NCBI GenBank assembly: GCA_016618085.1
Contig: JABLTG010000152.1
Coordinates: forward strand, 1-47,340
Reading direction: 5' to 3'
Source of the DNA: Neovahlkampfia damariscottae
Taxonomy: Eukaryota
DNA: 47,340 nt
This document shows, one piece after another, positions 1-10,336 of this stretch. The notes under the pieces were generated by a model. The model was given only the letters and a program-made list of their open reading frames with translations. It was not told where the DNA came from and did no database searches. The translations under genes and the position numbers were made by a program. Numbering within the stretch: the stretch's first letter is position 1; each line of letters begins with the position of its first letter.

Positions 1-418
1 AAATGAAAAAATGTCTCAAAGTGTTGGAATACCAGTCAATGGTGGTAAACCAAGTATTAAATGGAATGAAGAAGGATTTTTCTTTTGGCCATCTTATAAA
101 CTTGGAGCATTAAAAACTGCTCAAAAAGATTCTGTTCAAGTACATGAAGTTTCAGAACATTATACCAGTTGTACATGTGGATCATGTGGAAAAATAGATT
201 GGAAACTTGGAAAAAAAGATTATTTCAATTGTAAATATTGTAATTTTTCTCTTCCAAGAGATTATAATGGAGCAAGAAATATATTTCTGATGAATATACA
301 AAATTTTATTGGAAATCCAAAAACTGCCAGTACTGCTGGCGACGGTCCTATCCCGAAAGAAACCTTGATTTTAATGTCTGGTCTGATTAATCAGAATGAA
401 CGGAAAAGTCAGTTTTAA
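1..418 (+). mobile_element. Fanzor2 / IS607-TnpB-like RNA-guided endonuclease, C-terminal part (frame open from the window edge; probably internally deleted)
   Basis: Translation contains VSEHYTSCTCGSCG...YFNCKYCNFSLPRDYNGARNIF: ExYTS motif, CxxC-x14-CxxC Zn ribbon and the RDxNGARNI RuvC-III motif typical of IS607 TnpB/Fanzor2. Intronless, in eukaryotic context. Confidence 0.88.
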
Positions 419-426
419 GATAGCGG
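320..426 (+). ncRNA. putative Fanzor omega-RNA scaffold and element right end
   Basis: GC-richer stretch overlapping the ORF 3' end. Hairpin GCCAG(326-330)/CTGGC(336-340); hairpin CGG(343-345)/CCG(353-355) whose loop CTATC(348-352) is complementary to GATAG(419-423); long stem-loop 366-411 centred on palindrome TCTGATTAATCAGA(382-395); ends ...GATAGCGG(426). Confidence 0.68.
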
Positions 427-429
427 AAA

Positions 430-747
430 ATGGAGAAATACACAATAACAGATACTATCTTCAAGTCTATACACACAACCATTCAACAAGCCACAAGAAA
501 TGAAGATGGTTTAATTGTTATCATAAAAAAGCCAGTTGAAGTTTTTCCAACAAACTCCTTAATAGAATCTTTCAAAAAAGATTTTAATTTTACGAAAAAT
601 CTTCACGATACTGATCCCAGCCATTTTGTAAAAATGATTGAAATGATTGAAGAAAAAAGTGGTTCAGTAATTTTAGTTGAAGAATCAATATATCGTTGGA
701 CAAACAAAGAGCAATTTTCAGCATTTAAGTTCTTTACTAACTTTTGA
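430..747 (+). pseudogene. truncated protein-kinase N-lobe fragment
   Basis: YTITDTIFKSIHTTIQQATRNEDGLIVIIKKP...HFVKMIEMIEE..SVILVEE resembles kinase subdomains I-V (VIIK lysine). The sequence then diverges and stops with no HRD/DFG equivalent before the next gene at 918. Confidence 0.55.
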
Positions 748-917
748 CATTGTTTAAAAATTATGAAAACAAAAAAAAAATCAAGAAATTCAAGACTTCA
801 ACAGAACGAAGATGAGCCAAATGTATCAAGAAAAAATACAATTTTCAAATAAAATCAATTGAATTTTATGTGAATTTGCGTTATTTTTATCTTTCTCAGT
901 AACTTAGCCAATCATTC

Positions 918-1687
918 ATGAGCAAACAAAACGAAAAGGAAGTGAAAGTAGAAGACATACAGATATCTGTTTGTGGTGGTGGTGGTGTTGGTAAATCATG
1001 TATATCAATTCAATATATTTCTTACAATTACAATGACATTTTTGACCCAACAATAGAAGAAACTTGTAATCCAAAATACTTACTAAATACTGTTCCATGT
1101 CAGATCAAAAAAAAATAAAAATTGATGAAACAATCATAAACTTACATTTAGTTGATACTGCAGGTCAAGAAGAAGTAAAAAAAATTATAATCAACTTTTT
1201 TTCACCAGTTCAAACCATTGAGACCTTTTTATATGAGAAAAAGCGATGGATTTTTAATGGTATACGATGTAACAAACTTCAAATCACTCAATGAATTAGA
1301 CGAATTCTACACAGAAATTGAGAGATGCAAAGATGATTCACCGTTTTCAATTGTTCTTTGCGGAAATAAATCTGATATTGAAGACCGTGGCAAAAGTGGT
1401 GTTGACTCAAAAACAGGAAAAGGTATGTCTTGATCCGTTCACATTTTAACACAAAATTTCTTCATGAAGACTGGGCAAAGAAATACCAAGCTAACTTTAT
1501 TGAAACTTCTGCAAAGGAGAGAAAAAATATTGATGAATCATTTGAGATTTTGCTTAGAATGATTTTGAAACAAAGAAAAGTAGTTTCAATTCCACCTGCA
1601 AAGAAAGGAGTTTTTTCATCAGTTTCTTCAACTGAAAAAGAAGACCTTGAAGATTTCGATGAGATTATGAAAAATTCAAAAAAATAA
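918..1687 (+). CDS. Ras-family small GTPase (4 exons)
   Basis: Introns 1066-1103, 1175-1208 and 1423-1469 (GT-AG) join GGGGVGKS, DPTIEETY, DTAGQEE, NKSD and ETSAK motifs. Confidence 0.92.
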
Positions 1688-1758
1688 ACATAATTCTGTC
1701 TGATTTATATTTAGCCATTTCCATTTCATCTTCCAATCAATTTCTTACTTTGCAGTTG

Positions 1759-3564
1759 ATGGGCAACATTGAAAGTCAAAGAAAGTTAGACTGTGAACTG
1801 AAAGGTGAAGAACTTTCACTGAAGAATATTACAGAAGTTCTGGAAGAAATAGCAAAGTTTAATTTCAAAATTTTGAATTTGTCACAAAACCAAATTTCTT
1901 ACATTCATCCATCTCTCAAAAACAAAAAAATTGAAGAAATTAAATTAAATTCTTGTAAATTAACAAGTTTACCACAAAATTTGACCACCATTGAATCGCT
2001 TACAAAATTAAATTTATCAACAAACAAACTACAAAAAGATTCAACTCAAGAAATTGTTAAACTAAAAAATTTGACAGATTTAAATTTATCATTCAATTGT
2101 TTAGAAGAGTTTGAAGGTTTTGAAGGGTCTAACCTCATCAAATTGAATCTTACATCTTGTAATTTGAAAAAGTTGTCAAACAAAATTTTTCAAATTGCTT
2201 CATTAGAAGAATTAGAATTAATTAGGAATTTTGATTTAATGTTTGAAGAATTGGACGAAAATATAAACTCAAAACTCAGAAAATTATCCATTTCTAATTC
2301 CAAATTCATAAGAATACCGGAGGTGATATTTCATTTGATATCCTTAGTTCATTTGGATGTATCATATAATAAAATAACAGAACTTTCAAAAATTGATTCA
2401 TTAAGAAATCTAGTTTATTTGGATTTGTCGAATAATAAACTAAATGTACTCCCTAGTGAATTCAAGAAATTGGAAAAATTAAAGTTACTTGATTTGTCAA
2501 ATAATGACTTTACAGAATTCCCATTAGTTTTAAAATATATGAAAAATATTAATGAAATAATAATTTCATCAAACAGAATTGAAAAATTTCCAGAAATGGA
2601 TGAAGAAACAAATCTCAAAATTTTCAAATCGAAGAGATGTGGATTACGTGATGTTCCTGGATCCTTCATCACAAGTTATCTAAAAAATACAACTCTTATA
2701 TCATTTGAATCAAATAAAATCCAAGAATTACCTTCATTTAAATCAAACGAATATCTAGAGCGTTTGGATATCAATGACAATGAACTTGAACAAATTCCTG
2801 AAATACCAAAATCTTTAGAGGATTTATCAGTACAAATGAATAAAATTCAAGAAATACCAGATATTTTGTACGACATTTCAGCACTAAAACAATTGAATCT
2901 TGGATTTAATCAACTGACAAAAATTGATGAAAAACTTTCTCAATTGAAAAATCTTGAATACTTGTATTTAGATCACAACCCATTGCTTGAGTTACCATCA
3001 AAAGAAATATTGACATTATCAAAACTGAAGAAATTAAGTTGCAGTGAAACAGGTATCTTAGCAATACCTGACGAAATCAAAGAAGCAATTGAAACCAAGA
3101 ATTTTGAAAGTGTGGTTAATTTCAAAGTTTCTTTTCCAGATAAAATCATTGATAAATTATATTTAGGTTCAATGCTATGTTCTTCCAATCGTGGAATTTT
3201 TGATAAATTACAAATCAAAGCTGTTATGGTTGTTGGGAATAAATTGGAAACACATTTTCCTGAAAGTGTCAAATACAAAGTGGTAGAAATATCAGATACT
3301 CCAAGTGAGAATCTATTCGCCTATTTTGAAGAGTGTATTGATTTTATTCATGAAAACATGAAGAATGGATCAGTTTTGGTTCATTGTGCTGCTGGAATTT
3401 CAAGATCAGCCACCATTGTGATTTCTTATCTCATGAAAATACATAAAATGAATTTAAATGATGCAATGAATCATGTTACAGATCGAAGAAGTATTGTCAG
3501 TCCAAATTATGGATTTATGAAACAATTAGAAAAATATGAACAAATTCTTCAAAAAAAAGTATAA
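1759..3564 (+). CDS. leucine-rich-repeat dual-specificity (MAP kinase-type) phosphatase
   Basis: Many LxxLxLSxNxL repeats; C-terminal DSP domain with VLVHCAAGISRS; start MGNIES (possible myristoylation). Confidence 0.93.
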   Translation: MGNIESQRKLDCELKGEELSLKNITEVLEEIAKFNFKILNLSQNQISYIHPSLKNKKIEEIKLNSCKLTSLPQNLTTIESLTKLNLSTNKLQKDSTQEIVKLKNLTDLNLSFNCLEEFEGFEGSNLIKLNLTSCNLKKLSNKIFQIASLEELELIRNFDLMFEELDENINSKLRKLSISNSKFIRIPEVIFHLISLVHLDVSYNKITELSKIDSLRNLVYLDLSNNKLNVLPSEFKKLEKLKLLDLSNNDFTEFPLVLKYMKNINEIIISSNRIEKFPEMDEETNLKIFKSKRCGLRDVPGSFITSYLKNTTLISFESNKIQELPSFKSNEYLERLDINDNELEQIPEIPKSLEDLSVQMNKIQEIPDILYDISALKQLNLGFNQLTKIDEKLSQLKNLEYLYLDHNPLLELPSKEILTLSKLKKLSCSETGILAIPDEIKEAIETKNFESVVNFKVSFPDKIIDKLYLGSMLCSSNRGIFDKLQIKAVMVVGNKLETHFPESVKYKVVEISDTPSENLFAYFEECIDFIHENMKNGSVLVHCAAGISRSATIVISYLMKIHKMNLNDAMNHVTDRRSIVSPNYGFMKQLEKYEQILQKKV

Positions 3565-3647
3565 AATAATTTTGTTTTCTTGTTTTTTTTTCCGCCAATA
3601 AAACCACCACATGTCCAATACTTTTCATTGGTGCAGAAAACGAAGAG

Positions 3648-5331
3648 ATGAAGTTATTTGTTGTTTCACTTTTTTTCTTTTTCGTGTTTGTTTCAGCGGA
3701 TTTAGTTGCTTTAAAACAAGCCCTTGATAAAAAAGAATTATTCTCGCAAGTAAGTTTTTGAAAGAAATTAAAAATTGAAAGACTGTTTGTACAAAACTTA
3801 AACAATTTCATGGTGCTTTTGATCCAAATTCTGGAGACCAATGTAGTTACTTGGATTCTTGTTCAAGTAACCTTGAAGCAGAAGCTTCTTTGACTTGTCA
3901 AACAGGTTATGGAAGTAAAACAAAAAATTGAAACTAAAAATTTTCAGCTGACCAAGATTGTGGTTGTTCTTCTGGTAGTTCAAAAATTAATAAATTACGT
4001 GCTTCTGTTAAATTTGCACCTGGAAGTTCAACAGCAAATACAAACACCAAAGGTAATTTCCAATTTTTTTAACACAAACTTCAATAGCATTTTTATGCTC
4101 AACTGCCCAAATTTCACCAATTTTTCAAAAAGTTAATTCATTTTTTTCATTAAAAAAACTCCATAGAATTCTGTTGATGATTCAAAATTAGTTTGGCAAT
4201 ATGTTGGTTCTGAGTATGGAGCTACTTTTTATTTTCCTGCAAAAAGATGGACATACCAATTAGATTCAAAAACTGGCTGTCAAAAACGTTCTACTTGTCC
4301 TATTTATGATCCACGTTTTCGTCCTTGGTACATTGCTGCTGCATCAGGTCCAAAAAAAGTAGTTCTTATAATTGACACCTCAGGTTCAATGTCTATTTCA
4401 GGAAGAATGGGTATTGCTATAGCTGCTGCTAAAACAGTAATTGATGGTTTAGGTTTTGTTGATTATGTTTCAGTTGTCAAAGTATTAATTTGTTATTTTT
4501 TAATTTTTTTTAGTTTTCATCATCAGCTTCTGATGGAACCAGTGGAAAATTAGTTAGAGCAACTTATGAAAATCGAGAATTTCTCAAAAATTATATTGAT
4601 TCATTGTTCGAACAAATTTTTTTTAACACAAACTTTTTAGTGTCGCTTCAGGTGGAACTAACTTTCTTTCTGCTTTTTCGCGTGCTTATGATATTTTAGA
4701 TGCTTCAGATCCAAATATTCCAAGGTGTCATACTTCATTAGTCTTTTTGACAGATGGAGAAGGAAGTAGTCCAATTTCCATCATTAACAGTAGAAATCTT
4801 GCATATGATGCAAGAGTATTTTCATTTACCTTTGGTTCAGGTGCTGATAAATCTGTTCCTACTCAAATTGCTTGTTCTACAAAAGGTTTATTTACACATG
4901 TTCCTGATGGAGGTGATTTAAGAAGTCAAATGGCAGGATATTACAAATATTTTGCTTTGGATGTTGCTGGAACCAGAAAAAGTGTTTGGACAGAATTCTA
5001 CAATGATTTCAGTTTGAATATTTCAATGACCACTTCAGCAAGTGCTTGTTTTGATAAATCAGGTGAATTGCTGGGAGTTGCAGGTGTTGATGTTTTAGAA
5101 AAAGATTTAGTTGCTATTCATAATAATAAAGCAGATATTGAAAATGAAATTAGAAGTAGAAGTGCAACATGTCCTGATTTTCAACAATCTGAAGAAATCT
5201 TGAATAAATTAAGAGGAGGATCTTGTAATTATTGTAATGGATGTGGTGCTGGTGCTGCATTTTCATCAAAAATCATTGGAACATTCACAGTTGTATGTGT
5301 TTTCATTTCCATCATTTTTTCACTTTTATAG
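3648..5331 (+). CDS. secreted/GPI-anchored VWA protein, alpha2-delta (CACNA2D/CACHD1)-like, multi-exon
   Basis: Signal peptide MKLFVVSLFFFFVFVSA; YDPRFRPWYIAAASGPKKVVLIIDTSGSMS (alpha2-delta signature plus MIDAS DxSxS); FLTDG; Cache-like GELLGVAGVDV; hydrophobic C-terminus. Several short introns. Confidence 0.85.
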
Positions 5332-5362
5332 AATAACATATTTATTATGATGGAAATATAAT

Positions 5363-5935
5363 TTAATGTGGTACAATATATTTCTTCATTTGTTGTTGAA
5401 CATCAGTAGACCATGTTTCAATTGTTTTTGATGTGCCAATTTCTAAATCAACATAATCAAATCCAGGATACACTGCTTCACCCCAGAATGCCCAATCTTG
5501 AGATTCTTCGGTTAATATTAATTCACCTGCTTTCCAATATCCGCCAGGACATAAAATTTGTGGTCTTTCTCCTTGTTCAATGTTCATGCCAAGAATGTGT
5601 TTTTCCAACTTTCCTTCTGGACTGACAAAAAATAATTTTGTTGAACAACCTCCATGATAATAATGTAACAAATCTGATGTATTTTTTGCAAGATAAAGAA
5701 TTGGGTTTTGTTTTTCCAGTAACCAATAAATTGATGTGAAAAGTGATCTCTTTGTGTTACTTTCATTATTCAATTTTCTGTCTGTGGTTTCCAATTCTAT
5801 TTTACTTTTTGTTGTTTCAGAATAATAACCTCCTTCTACATGCTTTGTCAAGTTTAGATGCTTGATCAAAGTAATTGCCTCAATTTTTGTTTGCATTCTT
5901 TGTCCAATCAAAATTTTGAAACGTTCCATTTCCAA
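5363..5935 (-). CDS. cupin superfamily protein (DUF985/Cupin_5-like)
   Basis: LNLTKHVEGGYYSET, TSIYWLL, GERPQILCPGGYWKAG and EAVYPGFDYVD motifs. True start may be slightly internal. Confidence 0.85.
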   Translation of the reverse strand: MEMERFKILIGQRMQTKIEAITLIKHLNLTKHVEGGYYSETTKSKIELETTDRKLNNESNTKRSLFTSIYWLLEKQNPILYLAKNTSDLLHYYHGGCSTKLFFVSPEGKLEKHILGMNIEQGERPQILCPGGYWKAGELILTEESQDWAFWGEAVYPGFDYVDLEIGTSKTIETWSTDVQQQMKKYIVPH

Positions 5936-5947
5936 ATTATAAAAATT

Positions 5948-8191
5948 TTATTCTTTTTCAGAAACATCATCTAAAACTGTTTCTGTTTGTTTCAATGAAA
6001 CTTCCTTCACTTCTTTATCATTTTCATTGATTTCTGACATCAATTCCTCTTTTTCAATCACTTCAATGGTTGGTTCAATTTTGACATCTTCTTTGTCATC
6101 CCTTTCTGTTTCTTTTTTTTTCTCAGCAACTAAAATTTCAAGTGCTTCTTGTTGCAATCGAATGACTTTTTCATGTTCTTTCAACATTTTTGATTGACTT
6201 TTAATTACTTGATTTTGTTGAAATTGCATTTCCAAAATACTTCTTAAAATTGAAGATGAATTATCACCAACCATTTCAAAACAACACTCTTTCAATTTTC
6301 CATTAATTTTATTATCATAAACAAATTGCAAAACAGTCAAGAGATTTAATGGGTTTAATAGTTGAATAATTTTTTCCACAATCAATCCATGAACTTCATC
6401 TTTTGGTAATTTCATCAAAACTTTATAAACTTTTAAATATTGATTAATATCCTCAGTCATATTCAAATTCTTCAAATACACAAATTCAACAAAAACATCT
6501 AATAATCTTGCTTGAATAAGAATTTCCAATTCTTCATCTGAATTCAAAAAGTTTGAAAATGTTTCTAAAATTAAACGATGTAATTTGAATTCTTTTTCTT
6601 TTGTTTTGAATTTTACATCCCAGAATTCTCTAGTTTCAAATAATTTCATCAAATGATTTGCAATTCTTTCTTCAGAATTTGGTGATTTTCTTTTTAACAC
6701 TTCATAATCAGAAAATGGTTTATTTTGAGCTCCTAAAAGTTCTAGTAATAAATCTTCTTCTAAATTGACTGAAATTCCTTTTGGTTGTTTCCAGAAATAC
6801 GCAAAACACAATTTTTTCAAAGAATCCACTTTTAAATCATGTGCTCTTTGTAAAACAGAAAATAAATTTGTTGAATCATATAACTTCTTAAAATAAATCA
6901 AAGCAATAGTTTCTAAATCTTTCAATTGAAAAATAGAAGCTGCACAAATCAAATCAATAACTAAATCAATATCATCAACAAAACAATCACCAAAATATAA
7001 AAATTGAAGAATGACTTTCATCACTTTTACAGAAATACCTTCTTCAATGATGATTTCTTTTTCATTTAAAATTTTTTGTTTCAAGAAATTGGATTGAGAA
7101 ATAACACATTTATGAGCAAAAAATTTCTCATTTTCAACTTTTAAAATACAATCACAGTATTTCTTTGAATTATAAAAATCTTTGAAAAAATGTAAATGTT
7201 GAGCTCCCAAATGAAATTTAAATAATTGATTTGTATATTGTGAATTAATATCATAACCTGAAAAAACATAAATGGTTGAGTTGTATAGAGTTATTGAATG
7301 ACCAAATCTTGGTGATGGTAAATCTCCATTGGTTTGAATTTTTTTCCATTGAAAAGTGTCTAAATCAAGTTTATATAAATCATTGATGTATAAACCATAT
7401 CGATTTCCACCAAAAATAAAAATTTGATTGTCAATTAATTCTGAAGAATGATTGGAAATTTTACCAGGTGAAACGCCAGTATACTCAAGATTCTTCCATG
7501 TTAAACTTTTTAAATCGAATTTCCATAAATCATCATAAAACACAGTAGAGTTATATCCACCATAAATATAAAGTGAATCTTGATGAACGTCTGATGAAAT
7601 TAGTTAAGATTTTTTTGATGTATTACTCATTGATTGATATTGTGTTGGTTCAGGTATTTCTTTATTTTCAGTTGATGGTTGAATTTTCTTCCATGTTTTT
7701 TCTATAAAGTAATAAATCCAAATGTCATTTTCTGTCGTATTTTTGTAGCCTCCAAAAACTATCATGGAATCTCCATATAAAACACAAGAGTGACCATAAC
7801 GACCTGGAATGTCTTCTTTATCAATGGTGATTATCTCTTTCCATGTTTGTGTTTCAAAATCAAAAGAAAAAAAATCTTGGAAAACATCTTTTTCAGCGCC
7901 TGTTCCTCCAAAAACATACATTTTTTTGTCATAAATAATTGAAGTATGAGATGATCTTGGTGCTGGTTTTACTCCTTTTGTTCTGTTCCATGGAATAATA
8001 CTCCAAATATTTGTTGTTATTTCATATTTGAAAACGTCGTTGAAAAAAGTATAATCTCTGCCTAGTTTTTGAGACTTACAACCTCCAAAAACATATAAAT
8101 TATCTTTAAAACTGACGCAAGTGGATTCATAACATTTTTCAGGTTTTTGGTTGTGCACGTATGAAGTGTTTTCTTCAATCCAAATATCCAT
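5948..8191 (-). CDS. Kelch-repeat plus tandem BTB/POZ protein (LZTR1-like architecture)
   Basis: Kelch repeats (YVFGG, PRSSHTS, PRFGHS) across ORFs 7604-8191 and 5948-7543, joined by a short intron near 7590-7620; two BTB starts (CDCILKVENEKFFAHKCVI; WDVKFKTKEKEFKLHRLIL). Confidence 0.85.
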
Positions 8192-8367
8192 CTCCTAATT
8201 GGTTGATTTTTTGGTTCCAAAAAACAGTTTATCAAAAAGAAGCAGAAAAATAGTACTATTTTCTCATTTTAAGTATTCAATTTTGAGAAATTTCTTGTCT
8301 TATGTGGAATGTTGAATTCAAACAGTTTGGAACACAAACGAAAGAAGAGCAAACAATAAAATTTACT

Positions 8368-10019
8368 TTATTCTGTGTAGTTTCTTTGAAATCTTCCTGA
8401 TGGATCAACGTTAAATTTTGACCATGGACACCAAGCTTTTGTGCATTCTTCAGCAGTTTTCGAAGGAAACAATTTTGCAAAAATTTTACGATAATAATAA
8501 GCCTCTTTAGTTTTTGGAGTGAGATATGGGAAGGTAGTTGAAGCATTTTTCATTTCTTCATCTGTAACTTGTTTTGATGCGTGATCAATTAATCCATCAA
8601 TCCAACCATATCCAACACCATCTGAAAATTGTTCTTTTTCTCTCCAGAGAATTTCTTTTGGAATGTAATCAGTATCATCAAATGCTGCTCTCAAAACGTA
8701 TTTTTCAATTCTTTGATCTTTGATGTACATTTTTTCTTCTGGGTTGATTGTCATAATTAAGTCTAAAAATTCTTTATCAAGAAATGGGACTCTTGCTTCA
8801 AGTGAACCTGCCATTGTTGCTTTGTCACATCTATTGACATCTGAAGTGTATAAACATTGCATTTTTGAAATTAATTCTTTTTGAAGCATTTCTGGGTTTT
8901 CTGCGTCTCTGAAGTAAATATATCCACCAAGCATTTCATCACTACCTTCTCCAGACAGAACAACAGAAATGTATTTCTTCGCATATTTTGATAAAATTAT
9001 CATTGGAGTACTTGAACGAATTGAAGTAACATCAAAGGATTCAATATGACTGATAACTTCTTCTATCATGTTTAAACCTTCATCAAAATCGAAAATAACT
9101 TCATGATGAATTGTTCCAAGATGTTTTGCACATAATCTAGCTGCAACTAAATCTGATGCATCTTTTGAAACACCTACTGAAAAGGAATGTAATTCTTTGA
9201 CTTGTGATTTGACAATACCAGCAACTAAAGATGAATCTAAACCTCCTGATAAAAATACTCCGAGAGGAACATCTGACATCAATCTCTTCTTGACTGATTT
9301 TTCGAAAACTTCTCTAATTTGTTTTAAATCTGTTTTTTCTTTTCTGTATTGTGTGTGATCATACCATTTTGGTTTATACCATTGTGAAAAAGTACCTTTT
9401 TCTTCACCTTTTTGGTAGAAATAATGACCAGGTAAAAAGTGATGAACTTCAACTCCAGCAGCAACTAAAGGTTTCATTTCTGATGAAAAATATAATGAAC
9501 CATCTTTATCATATCCATAAAACATTGGTTTCACACCAATTGGATCTCTAGCTGCAAGTATAGTCTTTGTTCTTTCATCATAACATACAAATGCAAATAC
9601 TCCATCAAGTGTATCAATTAATTTAATGAACGTCTCATCTTTATCATCTTTTCTTTCTTCAAACATGTGAATTATGACTTCTGAATCGCTGTATCCGTGA
9701 AATCTATGTCCACGTGATTCTAAATCCTTTTGTATTGATACGTGATTGTAGATTTCTCCATTGTGAATTCCAACAACTTTTGAAAATTATTGTTAAATTT
9801 TTTTTTCTTACCTTCTTTGGTTTCTGATAAAAGTGGTTGATGTCCTGTGGTTAAATCAATAATTGAAAGTCTTTCATGATAAAAGCATACATCATCAACT
9901 GCATAAGTTCCATGATCATCAGGACCTCTGTGTTTTTGTAATTTTGAAAGTGGTGATACGTATTGAATGAGTTCTTCTCCTTTGAGTGTTTTATGTTTAA
10001 TAAAAAATATTCCACACAT
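8368..10019 (-). CDS. ASNS: asparagine synthetase (glutamine-hydrolysing)
   Basis: N-terminal MCGIF, HRGPD, HERLSIID, HNGEIYN (after intron 9777-9811), LSGGLDSS, LSGEGSDE, EARVPFLD, KEQFSDGVG. Confidence 0.96.
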
Positions 10020-10336
10020 TTCTTCTTGTTGTGTTGTTTTGTTTGAATTTTTTTCGTCCTAACCGAAAGAATTCTTCATCATTTATTGGTCTGGTTGAAT
10101 TAGATAGTTCTTCCTATTGGTCAATTTCGGTTGTTTTTTAGAAATGAAGTTCATTTTCAGGATAAACCGGTTAGAATTTGAAAATGAACCTTCTTATTTG
10201 AATACCCAAAATTGTTAAATTAGGAATTGAACCAAACAAAAATTCAAAAAACTTTCTTTCATTTTATTCAAAGGTAAAGAAGTTAGTTTGGATTGATATA
10301 AGAACAATTGAAAAAATGGAACAAAAAATTCAACTT

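Noticed and set aside
1..418. Bacterial IS200/IS605 TnpB contamination
   Set aside because: Contiguous with intron-containing genes, similar AT content, and motifs fit Fanzor2/IS607 type; a chimeric join cannot be fully excluded without reads.
2415..3841. Antisense ORFs (2415-2672, 2973-3278, 3515-3841) and similar short overlapping ORFs elsewhere
   Set aside because: Shadow frames of well-supported genes on the other strand, with no motifs.
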